Shown one piece after another: positions 19,030-29,017 of a stretch of DNA of 64,000 nucleotides. Each line of letters starts with the position of its first letter. Within the stretch, counting starts at the first letter, position 1. The stretch lies in NCBI GenBank assembly GCA_964434605.1, contig CAYSVM010000001.1, forward strand, positions 119,624-183,623, given 5' to 3'. The notes under the pieces are model-generated. The model saw only the letters and a list, made by a program, of their open reading frames with translations. It was not told where the DNA came from and did no database searches. The position numbers and the translations under genes are program-made. Origin of the DNA: an uncultured Candidatus Saccharibacteria bacterium. GTDB lineage: Bacteria > Patescibacteriota > Kazan-3B-28.

Positions 19030-21180
19030 ATGTCACAACAATTTACTACGCAACTTGGCGAATCCAAGTTGATTCTGGAAACTGGTAAGCTAGCAAAACT
19101 CGCTAGTGGTTCGGTTACCTTAAGGCTCGGAGACACTGTTGTTCTTGCTACCGCAGTAGTTTCCCCCACTCCTCGGGAAGGAATAGATTTTTTCCCTCTC
19201 CTGATTGATTTCGAAGAAAGATTTTATGCTGCTGGTAAAATTTCTGGTAGCCGTTTTATTAAACGCGAAGGTCGTCCAAGTGAAGATGCTATTCTCTCTG
19301 CTCGGCTAATCGATCGCCCCCTTCGTCCCCTTTTCCCAAAGGGTTTCTATAATGATGTACAGGTAGTTGTTACAGTTCTATCTGCAGATGTCATGAACGA
19401 TCCAGACATCTTGGGGATTACTGCCGCTTCCTGCGCCCTAATGCAAACAGGGATTCCTTTCAAAGGACCAGTTGCAGGAATTAGGGTTGGTCGGATAGAT
19501 GGAGAATTTGTTATCAACCCCACTTACGAACAACGTGAAAAAAGTGAGTTAGATATCGTTATTGCAGGGACCAAAGACGGTATCATGATGGTTGAAGCTG
19601 GTGCTAGCGGAGTACCAGAGGACATCATTCTGCAAGCAATTGAGTTTGGTCATAGGTCTCTTCAACCCACCCTGGAGTTACAAGCCGAAATGGCACAAGC
19701 TTTGGGGGTTAAGCCAATGGATGTCGTCTTTTCCGAAACTCCCCTAGATCTCAAAGAGCAAATCGTTGACAAGGTTAAGCCTCGGTTGCAGGAAGCAATT
19801 TACCATCCAGAAAAAACAGTCCGCAACGCCAGCCTAGCTAAGCTTCGCCAAGACATTTGGGAAGAATTTGTAAGCGAAACAAACCCAGAATTAGTTGTAT
19901 CAGATATTTTCAATAAAGCGTTGAGCGAAGAAGTCCGTAGAAATATTTTGGTAGAAGATCGTCGTCCAGATGGTCGCAAGTTGTATGAGATTCGTCCGCT
20001 TTCAATTGAAGTCGGATTGCTTCCTCGTCCACATGGCTCCGCTTTATTCACTCGTGGTGAAACTCAAGCCTTAACCACTACAACCTTAGGTTCTCTAGAT
20101 GACGAGCAGATGCTCGACACAATGGAGTTCGAAACTACTAAGCGCTATATGCATCACTACAACTTCCCACCATTTGCTACCGGAGAAGTAAAACCACTTC
20201 GCCAAGCAGGTCGACGCGAAGTTGGTCACGGTGCATTAGCCGAAAGAGCTTTGCTGCCAGTAATCCCCGCTCGCGAAGACTTCCCCTACACCATTCGGGT
20301 GGTGTCGGAGATTTTAGCAAGTAACGGTAGTAGCTCAATGGCCTCTGTTTGTGGTAGCACCCTTTCCTTAATGGATGCGGGTGTGCCGATCAGTAAGCCT
20401 ATCGCAGGTGTTGCTATGGGTCTTATTACAGACGGAGACAAATATAAAATCCTCACCGATATTGCTGGTATCGAAGACTTCAATGGTGATATGGACTTCA
20501 AAGTAGCTGGTAGCCGAGATGGCGTCACGGCCTTGCAGATGGATATTAAAGTTGCGGGTATCACGGTTGCGATTATGAAAGATGCACTAGCTCAAGCTAA
20601 AGTCGGCAGACTATTCTTGTTAGATAAAATGGCAGAAGTCATTGCCGAGCCTCGTAAGGAGCTGTCGCAATATGCTCCTCGGGTGCTTACGGTAAAAATC
20701 CCACAAGATAGAATCGGGGAAGTTATTGGACCCGGAGGAAGAGTTATTAATGATATTATAGATAAGGCAGGTGGCAAGCAAATCACTAATATCAGTATTG
20801 AGGAGGATGGTATGGTATACATCACCTCCACCGACGCCAAACTCGGAGAACAGGCAGCTGACACTATCCGCAACATGATGCGTGAAGTTGAGGTTGGCGA
20901 GAAATTTAGTGGCAAGGTCACGAGACTAATGGACTTTGGTGCCTTTGTTGAGATTCTTCCAGGGAAAGAAGGGTTAGTGCACATCTCTGAACTAGCTAAC
21001 GAACGGGTTGATCGGGTGGAAGATGTCGTCAAGGTTGGTGACTCACTAGAGGTTATTGTTACCGAAATAGATAACCTTGGTCGTACCAATCTTTCCCACA
21101 AAGCCGTGTTAAACGGTGGCCGAATCGATCCTCGTCCGCCACATCCACCACGCAGAGACGATCGACGCCCACGTCGCTAA
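19030..21180 (+). CDS. pnp: polynucleotide phosphorylase
   Basis: Two RNase PH domains plus KH and S1 domains (GEKFSGKVTRLMDFGAFVEILPGKEGLVHISE). Confidence 0.95.
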   Translation: MSQQFTTQLGESKLILETGKLAKLASGSVTLRLGDTVVLATAVVSPTPREGIDFFPLLIDFEERFYAAGKISGSRFIKREGRPSEDAILSARLIDRPLRPLFPKGFYNDVQVVVTVLSADVMNDPDILGITAASCALMQTGIPFKGPVAGIRVGRIDGEFVINPTYEQREKSELDIVIAGTKDGIMMVEAGASGVPEDIILQAIEFGHRSLQPTLELQAEMAQALGVKPMDVVFSETPLDLKEQIVDKVKPRLQEAIYHPEKTVRNASLAKLRQDIWEEFVSETNPELVVSDIFNKALSEEVRRNILVEDRRPDGRKLYEIRPLSIEVGLLPRPHGSALFTRGETQALTTTTLGSLDDEQMLDTMEFETTKRYMHHYNFPPFATGEVKPLRQAGRREVGHGALAERALLPVIPAREDFPYTIRVVSEILASNGSSSMASVCGSTLSLMDAGVPISKPIAGVAMGLITDGDKYKILTDIAGIEDFNGDMDFKVAGSRDGVTALQMDIKVAGITVAIMKDALAQAKVGRLFLLDKMAEVIAEPRKELSQYAPRVLTVKIPQDRIGEVIGPGGRVINDIIDKAGGKQITNISIEEDGMVYITSTDAKLGEQAADTIRNMMREVEVGEKFSGKVTRLMDFGAFVEILPGKEGLVHISELANERVDRVEDVVKVGDSLEVIVTEIDNLGRTNLSHKAVLNGGRIDPRPPHPPRRDDRRPRR

Positions 21181-21184
21181 AGCC

Positions 21185-21439
21185 ATGAGTACTCTTCGTT
21201 GTCATAATTGCGGTGAGGAAAACTCCAACAGCGCTACTTTTTGTGTAAAGTGCGCTGCTTGGCTCAAACGCCCTCAACTCCAAAAGGAACGTCAAAGTAA
21301 AATCTTTTTACCACCCCAAACTGACAAAGAAAGAGTAGCCAAAGAGGTAGAAGTTTCTCCTGGGCCAACATTAGGTTGGTGGTTGGTCGGTATAATAATA
21401 GTAAGCCTAATTACTTGGTGGGTAATAAGTAATGGATAA
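21185..21439 (+). CDS. zinc-ribbon membrane-anchored hypothetical protein
   Basis: MSTLRCHNCGEENSNSATFCVKCAAW followed by one C-terminal TM helix. The track ORF start at 21116 overlaps pnp and is rejected. Confidence 0.5.
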   Translation: MSTLRCHNCGEENSNSATFCVKCAAWLKRPQLQKERQSKIFLPPQTDKERVAKEVEVSPGPTLGWWLVGIIIVSLITWWVISNG

Positions 21440-22046
21440 ACAGTTGGTGTATCAAGAAATCCGCAAAGACATAAAAGAGCACCATTGCTCGCTTAGGGAT
21501 GGGTGTATCCAAGCCGTTCCGGGAGAAGGTAGTATCGAAAGCCCAGTAGTCTTTATTGGTGAAGCACCTGGAAGAAGAGAAGACGAACTTGGTCGTCCTT
21601 TTGTTGGCGCTGCTGGGAAACTTTTAGAAGAGGCCCTTACTCAGATAGGGCTTAAGCGAGAAGATGTATATATCACCAACGTGGTAAAGTGTCGCCCTCC
21701 AGGGAATCGCGATCCCCTACCTGAGGAAGTAGAAGAACATAAGCCATTTTTGGAACACGAACTAGAACTAATCCAGCCTAAATTAATAGTCTTGCTTGGT
21801 CGTCATGCCTTGCATTGGTTTCTCCCAGATCTGCAAATTTCTCAAGCTCGAGGCACTGTGAAGCGAATGGGAAATAGAATCTTCTACCCTATTTATCATC
21901 CTGCTGCCGCGTTATACGATCCCAAACTTCGAGCTGTCTTTATTTCAGACATCCAAAAAATCCCTCTAATTTTAGAAAAAATTAAAGAACTTTCGACCAG
22001 CCCCTCTACCTCAACTTCCACTACCCAAGCAATAATCTTTAATTAA
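21432..22046 (+). CDS. uracil-DNA glycosylase, family 4
   Basis: GEAPGRREDELGRPFVGAAGKLL motif and HPAAALY near the C-terminus. Confidence 0.8.
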   Translation: MDKQLVYQEIRKDIKEHHCSLRDGCIQAVPGEGSIESPVVFIGEAPGRREDELGRPFVGAAGKLLEEALTQIGLKREDVYITNVVKCRPPGNRDPLPEEVEEHKPFLEHELELIQPKLIVLLGRHALHWFLPDLQISQARGTVKRMGNRIFYPIYHPAAALYDPKLRAVFISDIQKIPLILEKIKELSTSPSTSTSTTQAIIFN

Positions 22047-22052
22047 AAAATA

Positions 22053-23828
22053 ATGAAGAAATCATTTAATCCATCTCCTAACAGAAAAAATTCTCACCCA
22101 TCTTATAGGGCTAGACCAAGCCACTCCAAGCCTCGTTCAAATAAACCCCTCCAAAAAGAGGTTGTGGGTAAGTCTAGTAAAATGCTTCGAATAATTCCAC
22201 TGGGTGGAGTTGGTGATATGGGTAAGAATATGATTGCTATTGAATATGGCAACGATATTGTCGTGCTGGATTGCGGGATGATGATGCCAGACGAAACCAT
22301 GCTTGGGATAGACTATGTTATTCCCGACCCTGCTTATTTAAAAAAGAATGTTAAAAAGCTTCGTGGTATTTTTATTACCCACGGACATGAAGATCATATT
22401 GGAGCTATCCAACATCTTGCCCCCAAACTTGATGTGCCTGTTTACGCTCCCCGACTGGCCGCTGCTATTATCAAAGTAAACTTGGAAGAAGCTAGTAATG
22501 CAGGGAATGTTCGCGTTATTACTTACGGTGCGGATGACAAAATTCGGGCTGGTATTTTTACCGTTTCTTTTGTTCGGGTCAATCACAGTATCCCTGATAC
22601 TTTTTGTATTGTAGTGGATACTCCAAATGGAAAAATCATGTACACAGGCGACTTCAAGTTTGATCCCACTCCTCCCGACGGCATCAAGGCTGAATACCAC
22701 AAACTCGAAGCTCTTGGTCGGAAACGACTACTATTACTACTAAGCGAAAGTACTAACGCTCATACTCCAGGCAGAACCGACTCGGAAGCTGTTATCGTAG
22801 ACGCCTTTATGAAAATCTTTGCCAAAACCAAAGGGCGCCTGATCGTGGCATCTTTTGCTTCTAGAATTGATCGCATGCAACATGTGGTTGCTGCCGCTAT
22901 TAAATATAAGAGAAAGATAGCGATTGCAGGCCGCAGTATGATTAAATATTTCAAAGTAGCGTCAGACTTGGGTTACATCAAAACCCCAAAAGACCTACTT
23001 GTCCCTCTTCACGCAATTAAAAAAATACCAGGTAGTCAGGTAGTCATTTTGAGTACTGGCAGTCAGGGGCAGGAAGGCTCTGCGCTTCAACGGATGGCTT
23101 TTGGTGAACACAAGCAGGTCAAAATAAAAGCAGGAGATACTGTCGTACTCTCCTCTTCCGCTATCCCCGGCAACGAACGCTCCGTCACCGCTGTAATCAA
23201 CAACCTCTACCGCGAAGGCGCCAATGTAATCTTTGACAAGAAGATGCAAATCCATGTTACCGGTCACTGCTACCAAGAGGAAATGAAAGAGATGATTCGC
23301 CTTACTCGCCCTCGTTGGTTCACTCCCGTCCATGGTGAATACCATATGCTAATTGCTCACAGAGAACTGGCGTTAGAGATGGGTATTCCAACCTCTAACA
23401 TTTTAGTAATTGAAGACGGTGACACGCTGGAATTCAAAAACGGCAAAATGAATAAGGGCAAGAAAATCCCCGTGGGCGGGATTATGGTTGATGGACTGGG
23501 GGTTGGTGATGTGAAAGAAGTAGTGCTTCGTGATCGCCAAGCCATGGCAACCGAAGGCATGATTGTTCTTATCACAGTAGTTGATAAAAAAGGCAAACTC
23601 GTTGGTAGTCCCGACATTATTTCCAGAGGGTTTGTCTATATGCGTGAAAAAGGTGATCTAATCGAGAAAACTCGTCAGCAAGTCAAAAAGATATTCGCTC
23701 AACACCCCGCCAAAACTGCTGACGGATGGGGCAATATTAAACTGAAATTACGCGAGAATATAGGAGAGTTCCTATTCCGCGAAACTGAACGTCGCCCCCT
23801 TGTCCTCCCTGTTGTTATTGAAGTCTAG
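22053..23828 (+). CDS. rnj: ribonuclease J
   Basis: Metallo-beta-lactamase HGHEDHIG, beta-CASP and C-terminal domain. The first 43 residues are a basic, low-complexity extension. An alternative start lies at ATG 22182 (MLRIIPLGG). Confidence 0.85.
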   Translation: MKKSFNPSPNRKNSHPSYRARPSHSKPRSNKPLQKEVVGKSSKMLRIIPLGGVGDMGKNMIAIEYGNDIVVLDCGMMMPDETMLGIDYVIPDPAYLKKNVKKLRGIFITHGHEDHIGAIQHLAPKLDVPVYAPRLAAAIIKVNLEEASNAGNVRVITYGADDKIRAGIFTVSFVRVNHSIPDTFCIVVDTPNGKIMYTGDFKFDPTPPDGIKAEYHKLEALGRKRLLLLLSESTNAHTPGRTDSEAVIVDAFMKIFAKTKGRLIVASFASRIDRMQHVVAAAIKYKRKIAIAGRSMIKYFKVASDLGYIKTPKDLLVPLHAIKKIPGSQVVILSTGSQGQEGSALQRMAFGEHKQVKIKAGDTVVLSSSAIPGNERSVTAVINNLYREGANVIFDKKMQIHVTGHCYQEEMKEMIRLTRPRWFTPVHGEYHMLIAHRELALEMGIPTSNILVIEDGDTLEFKNGKMNKGKKIPVGGIMVDGLGVGDVKEVVLRDRQAMATEGMIVLITVVDKKGKLVGSPDIISRGFVYMREKGDLIEKTRQQVKKIFAQHPAKTADGWGNIKLKLRENIGEFLFRETERRPLVLPVVIEV

Positions 23829-23846
23829 GTGGCCTATTTTGCTAAA

Positions 23847-23872
23847 ACAGCCCGCATGCCTAAGCGGACTGT
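23847..23872. terminator. bidirectional intrinsic terminator between rnj (+) and the minus-strand coiled-coil operon
   Basis: ACAGCCCGC-atgcctaa-GCGGACTGT, followed by TATTATTAAAAAG on the plus strand and TTTTAGC on the minus strand. Confidence 0.5.
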
Positions 23873-23897
23873 TATTATTAAAAAGATTTAACTCAAA

Positions 23898-24227
23898 TTA
23901 CTGATCTGTACCAGAGGGCTGATCGTCAGCCTGTTCCCGCCAAAGTTCCTTCTGGGTATCTTCAGATACCTTAATTAATTCTTCGTTATTCTTTTCATTG
24001 GCGACATCGATGGAAGTCAGTCTTTCACGCAATTTATCCTGAGCCTGATCAACATCTCCATCGGCAGCCACATCATCTATACTAGCCTGTAAAGCTTGCT
24101 GGGCGGACTTGCTGGCATCAATCTCACGGGATAAATCATTAAGCTCGTTCAATGTTTTTGCAGTGCCGGCGATTATATCTCTCGCCTCTTTTATTAAATC
24201 ATCATTTTGATTATTAGGAGTGTTCAT
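23898..24227 (-). CDS. hypothetical acidic coiled-coil protein (109 aa)
   Basis: Helix-rich and D/E/Q-rich. Lies 30 nt downstream of the 442-aa gene on the same strand. Confidence 0.5.
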   Translation of the reverse strand: MNTPNNQNDDLIKEARDIIAGTAKTLNELNDLSREIDASKSAQQALQASIDDVAADGDVDQAQDKLRERLTSIDVANEKNNEELIKVSEDTQKELWREQADDQPSGTDQ

Positions 24228-24257
24228 GTCAATTTATAAATTACATTATCATCTTGA

Positions 24258-25586
24258 CTATAACCCGACTTTCCCAGCCATTCCATCAATTGCTGTTTTA
24301 AGCTCGCTTCGTTTTTTATCGATTTCTTTCTGTAGGGCGTTCTTATCAGCTCCTTCTTTTTTTGCAATACCCCTTGTTAAAGTTCTAAGTTCTGCTCTCA
24401 GTTGAGAAATATTATCTCTGGTTGACTGGCTAACATTCTGGTCAGCCTCCAACGCTTCTGGGAGTAATTGGTTCACTACTTTCTCTAGAGATTGTTTGAT
24501 AGATTGTTTGGCGTCTTCTGGTGCGAACAAATCATTTGCGATTGATTTTGCAACCGTCTCTATCTGGTTATTTCTAGCTTTACCAGAGAGTGTATATAGA
24601 TGAAACAAGGTATTCTTCGATACAACAGCAGACTCATCGTCCCGAGAAAATGTAACCGTATAAGTGTCAGTATCAAATTCCATCACAACCTCTCCTTGTA
24701 TCGGTTCTCGTTCTAACCCCATTTTGGTTTTGGCTGATGTGCTCGCCTCTACTCTAGCCCCACGCGTTTTTTGCTTGTCAACTTCTCCCAAAGGATGTTC
24801 GCCATGAACCGTTCTTGTTGCTGTAACTCGATTATCACCCATAAGATTACCAATTGATAGCCGGGTGTCCCTATTCCATAATGAACTGAAAGGCGTTCTT
24901 AGGACCTGCAAATAAGCAGCAGACTTAGCATTAATAGCACGAAACGCCTCGCCTTGGTTATCGTAAGCCCCAGTCATGCTGTTGGAATATTCCATCTGGT
25001 GGCGCATTCTGGCAACATTATCTTCTATCGGGGCCATCAGGACATCGTACTTGTTAATATACCCTTGGATTTCATCTTTAGTTGCTTGGTCGTCCACCTC
25101 TTCGAGGCGAGTTTTTAGCTTAGCCATTCTAGCGCGGAACTCAATAAGCTCTCCGCTCTTAACTTCAAACTCCTTTTTGCATCTTTCGTAATGGGCTTTC
25201 TCCTCTGCCATCTTGGCTTCAGCCTGAGCGATATAAACCCTACGACGCTCAATCGCGGCTTCGGTTCGTCTTTCAAGTATTCCACCAAAATTTATAATTT
25301 TTTTACCAAAATTTTCAAGGATAAATTTTCCTCCTTGTTCGCCTACTCGATACTCGTTCAACTGAATTCTAGCTTGTTCATTTACACGCCGAGTATTTTC
25401 TTCGGTAGCACGCCGAGATTCCTCTAACTGCTCTATAAATCGTTTTCGCTCTTGTATCTCAATTGGTTCTTCTGTCTCACCACCCTTAGTCGCAAAGTTA
25501 GCCCGTTCTTGATCTTCGGGTGCACGTTTTTCCCCATCGCTATCTGGTGTCGGGTTTGGTGTTTGTTCTGATCCTTGTCCTTGCAT
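24258..25586 (-). CDS. hypothetical charged coiled-coil protein (442 aa)
   Basis: Long open frame with no TM helix, rich in E/K/R heptad-like segments. Preceded by a consensus promoter. Confidence 0.6.
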   Translation of the reverse strand: MQGQGSEQTPNPTPDSDGEKRAPEDQERANFATKGGETEEPIEIQERKRFIEQLEESRRATEENTRRVNEQARIQLNEYRVGEQGGKFILENFGKKIINFGGILERRTEAAIERRRVYIAQAEAKMAEEKAHYERCKKEFEVKSGELIEFRARMAKLKTRLEEVDDQATKDEIQGYINKYDVLMAPIEDNVARMRHQMEYSNSMTGAYDNQGEAFRAINAKSAAYLQVLRTPFSSLWNRDTRLSIGNLMGDNRVTATRTVHGEHPLGEVDKQKTRGARVEASTSAKTKMGLEREPIQGEVVMEFDTDTYTVTFSRDDESAVVSKNTLFHLYTLSGKARNNQIETVAKSIANDLFAPEDAKQSIKQSLEKVVNQLLPEALEADQNVSQSTRDNISQLRAELRTLTRGIAKKEGADKNALQKEIDKKRSELKTAIDGMAGKVGL

Positions 25587-25637
25587 GAGAAGTTCTTTTA
25601 ATTTTTTATTTTAGTTTTGCCTCAACTAAATTGCTTA

Positions 25638-25666
25638 ATTATATCATGTCTTTATAAAAGTGTCAA
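25638..25666 (-). promoter_or_regulatory. perfect consensus sigma70 promoter on the minus strand: TTGACA, 17-nt spacer, TATAAT
   Basis: Plus-strand TGTCAA at 25661..25666 and ATTATA at 25638..25643. Drives the 24258..25586 gene. Confidence 0.55.
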
Positions 25667-25723
25667 CTCCCCATCCATTTCCCCGTCCTTCCCGTCATAA
25701 TTGAAGTCTAATTAAATCGAAGA

Positions 25724-25758
25724 GAGCCGGCGCATTTCTGCACCGGCTCTTTTTGTTT
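25724..25758. terminator. intrinsic terminator hairpin just downstream of the 25768..26646 gene
   Basis: GAGCCGGCGCA-tttc-TGCACCGGCTC with an A-tract on one side and TTTTTGTTT on the other. Functional orientation is ambiguous. Confidence 0.45.
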
Positions 25759-25767
25759 CCAAGGTAC

Positions 25768-26646
25768 TTACTTCTCTAACTGCCAAGTCCATTCATCGTC
25801 TTGGCATACGGCAATCGCCGTATGCCGTTTCGGATCCTTCATGACCCTCATTTCCATTCGGGGGCAATACCCCGACTGGAAGATTGCCACACCCCCTGAT
25901 AGAGGGTAGAGGGTCAGTTCCCCCGCTGGGGGGATAGATTCAATCCAAAGGGTTAACCACTCATTCTCGCCCGCATAACCAAGCGGGCAGGTCGGTTGAG
26001 TGACGCCCTTGGTCCCAGAACTCTCTTCCCGCTCTTTCCCCCAATTTTCCCACTCAATCATGTAGGCAGAAAAATTGCTTTTACCCATTCTGCATCTTAC
26101 AGGGTAACGCGGGTCGATGATCGGGACAGGACCCGTCGCAAAGTCTCCGGAGTAATCCAGATACAAGGACGTTCCATCCGGAATCTTGGCGAGTTGTTCA
26201 TCGGATTGCTGGTCGGTTCTGGTTCTCCGATGTCTTTTCGCCGGTTGGGCCTCTTTTTGTGGCTCCGGTATCCGCCAAGTCACCTCGGCAAACTCTCCGG
26301 GTCCCAACCTAAGAGTGGAGACTTCCCGAAGCATTTCTATACTCGAATCATCTCCTCCGAGCAGACAGACCTGCCCGAAGATTCCCCGAGACCTTTTCAA
26401 CCGGTAAAGCCGTACTTCATTCGCTGCCGGAAAGAACCTAAGTTCTGTCCGTTTTTGAACAAAGTAGCTACCATTCCCTCCTTCGACGAACCCCATGATG
26501 GTTATGCCATCGAAGGATAAGTCTACGGGGTTATCCATCACTACCTTAGTGCCGGTAATGATGATGGTCTTTTCATCAGTGGCTCCTGCCGCCACCGACA
26601 TCACCATCGCTATCAAAGCGATGACGAGGAAAATAATGGCTCTCAT
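25768..26646 (-). CDS. hypothetical secreted cysteine-containing protein; compositionally atypical (GC-rich)
   Basis: Signal peptide MRAIIFLVIALIAMVMSVAAGA. About 52 to 55% GC by eye against roughly 42% for the flanks. Six Cys residues. Confidence 0.6.
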   Translation of the reverse strand: MRAIIFLVIALIAMVMSVAAGATDEKTIIITGTKVVMDNPVDLSFDGITIMGFVEGGNGSYFVQKRTELRFFPAANEVRLYRLKRSRGIFGQVCLLGGDDSSIEMLREVSTLRLGPGEFAEVTWRIPEPQKEAQPAKRHRRTRTDQQSDEQLAKIPDGTSLYLDYSGDFATGPVPIIDPRYPVRCRMGKSNFSAYMIEWENWGKEREESSGTKGVTQPTCPLGYAGENEWLTLWIESIPPAGELTLYPLSGGVAIFQSGYCPRMEMRVMKDPKRHTAIAVCQDDEWTWQLEK

Positions 26647-26806
26647 AGAGCCACCTCCAAAAAATTAAATTCAAGGGACACTCCCCCTTGCTGCCAAGAG
26701 TCTAACACAACAGACTGCTCCCGTCAATTTATTCGCTCCCAGCCTTATTTTTTAGCAGGTTATCCCTCTGTATCTCCTATGGTATAATTACCTAGTAAAA
26801 TCACCT

Positions 26807-29017
26807 ATGGCGCGTCGCAAAAGAAGAAAAACTGGAGCTCGGCGATACCGCTATCGCTCGTACCAAACTAGTAAGTTCCTCAAGGACTGGAACTTTGACT
26901 TAGAACTAAACCCCGAGGTAACTCGAGAGATTTTAGCTATCGTCCTAATTGGGGTTGGTATCTTCACTCTACTTGCCATTTTGGGGCTAGCTGGTAGCTT
27001 TGGTCAGATATTCTATGCTGGTCTTCGTTTGGGATTTGGCTGGACTAGTTTTGTCTTCCCTATTCTGTTAGCTATTGCTGGTATTGGGATGTTCTTCCCT
27101 TCTCGCTTCAAATTCAAACTAGCAAATGTTATTGGACTAATTTTATTCGTAGTTTCTCTTTCTTCTCTAATCCACGTCTTTACAGGTCAAGACACTGCCT
27201 TTGATCTCGCTACTTCTGGAAATGGAGGAGGCTATCTTGGATACTTCATTACCCGTTTCCTTATTAGCATGATGGACTTCTGGGCATCGTTCCTGTTGAT
27301 TACCGTTGCTTTTGCCGTATCCCTTTTGTTTGCTTTTGGATTGCCATTGCGTGAAATATATATGCGAACAAAGTTCTCTCTGCCAGCTATTCCGGATATA
27401 AAGATCAATGACAACTTGCCTAAAGGAAAGCTTGGTCGCAAAGAGAAAGAAGAAGATGAAATCGAAGAGCCAATTCAAGGGCCGGTTAAACCCGTCATTC
27501 ATGGAGTCAAAGGAAAAGACACCGACTTCGTACCCCGCTTTGTTCCTAGCGGAGATTGGACTCCCCCATCTCTAGATCTTCTAAGCGATGTCACTACTAA
27601 GGTAGATAGCGGAAATATCACTAACAATGTTTCCATCATCCGAGAAACACTAGAAGACTTCGGTATTCCAGTAGAAATGCATGAGGTAAACGTTGGTCCA
27701 ACCGTCACCCAATACACCCTAAAGCCAGCTGCGGGGATTAAACTCTCTCGTATTTCAGGGTTATCTAATGACCTCGCCTTGTCTCTAGCTGCTCACCCCA
27801 TTCGTATCGAAGCACCTATTCCAGGACGTTCTCTTGTTGGTGTTGAAGTGCCAAACAAAAAAACAGCTCTAGTACGATTGCGGGAAGTAATGGAGTCGGA
27901 AAATTTCAACAATACAAAATCGCTCCTGCGATTGCCTCTAGGTCGCGATGTCGCTGGTGTGCCAGTAGCAACCGATCTACTTAGGATGCCCCATTTGCTG
28001 ATTGCCGGTGCAACAGGTGCCGGTAAAAGCGTTTTTCTAAACGATATTCTAGTCAGTTTGCTATACCAGAATTCCCCATCTGACTTAAGACTAATTCTAG
28101 TTGATCCAAAACGAGTAGAGTTTACGAACTATAACGATATCCCCCATCTTCTCTCCCCCGTTATTGTCGATCCACATAAAACAATTAATTCAATGAAATG
28201 GCTGGTTTCAGAAATGGAGCGCAGATACCGGGTAATGTCGGAACTAAAAGTTAAAGAAATAACTAGCTTCAATAAACAAGCGGGTGAAGAAAGCAAACTT
28301 CCCTACATAGTTTTGGTAATAGATGAGTTAGCGGATCTAATGGCAGTTTCTGCTCGCGAAGTCGAAGCATATATCTGCCGTCTTGCCCAAATGTCTCGTG
28401 CGGTAGGGATTCACCTTATTCTTGCCACTCAGCGTCCTTCAGTAGATGTTATCACCGGCCTTATTAAAGCCAACTTCCCCTCTCGTATTGCATTTGCAGT
28501 AACCTCGGGTATCGACTCGAGAACAATCTTAGATACCGTTGGCGCAGACAAGTTGCTCGGTAATGGAGACATGTTATTCATGCCCTCAGATGCTGCCAAG
28601 CCAAAACGTATCCAAGCCTGCTACATTAGCGACAAGGAAATAAAGTCAGTTACCGATGCCCTGAAGTCTATAGACGCCCCCCAATATATTCCAGAAGTTT
28701 TGCAAGATACTAAAACAGGCATAGGTGCCTTCGGTAGTGACGATAGCGAATCCGATCCCCTAACAAACGAGGCAATTGAATTAGTTGTAAAGACCGGAAA
28801 GGCATCTGCATCATACTTGCAAAGACGTTTCCGGGTTGGCTATGCCCGTGCGGCACGACTGCTAGACATTCTAGAAGAAAAGGGTGTTATTGGCCCCGGT
28901 GAAGGTGCTAAACCAAGAGATATTCTAATCAAGCGCGAACAGCTCGCCAGCATGACTGGTAGAAATGATGTAGATGAAAGCACTGGCGAAGAGTTTATTA
29001 AGGGCGAGGACTACTAA
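26807..29017 (+). CDS. ftsK: DNA translocase FtsK/SpoIIIE
   Basis: N-terminal TM region, Walker A LLIAGATGAGKSV, a motor domain and a C-terminal gamma winged-helix. Confidence 0.9.
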   Translation: MARRKRRKTGARRYRYRSYQTSKFLKDWNFDLELNPEVTREILAIVLIGVGIFTLLAILGLAGSFGQIFYAGLRLGFGWTSFVFPILLAIAGIGMFFPSRFKFKLANVIGLILFVVSLSSLIHVFTGQDTAFDLATSGNGGGYLGYFITRFLISMMDFWASFLLITVAFAVSLLFAFGLPLREIYMRTKFSLPAIPDIKINDNLPKGKLGRKEKEEDEIEEPIQGPVKPVIHGVKGKDTDFVPRFVPSGDWTPPSLDLLSDVTTKVDSGNITNNVSIIRETLEDFGIPVEMHEVNVGPTVTQYTLKPAAGIKLSRISGLSNDLALSLAAHPIRIEAPIPGRSLVGVEVPNKKTALVRLREVMESENFNNTKSLLRLPLGRDVAGVPVATDLLRMPHLLIAGATGAGKSVFLNDILVSLLYQNSPSDLRLILVDPKRVEFTNYNDIPHLLSPVIVDPHKTINSMKWLVSEMERRYRVMSELKVKEITSFNKQAGEESKLPYIVLVIDELADLMAVSAREVEAYICRLAQMSRAVGIHLILATQRPSVDVITGLIKANFPSRIAFAVTSGIDSRTILDTVGADKLLGNGDMLFMPSDAAKPKRIQACYISDKEIKSVTDALKSIDAPQYIPEVLQDTKTGIGAFGSDDSESDPLTNEAIELVVKTGKASASYLQRRFRVGYARAARLLDILEEKGVIGPGEGAKPRDILIKREQLASMTGRNDVDESTGEEFIKGEDY

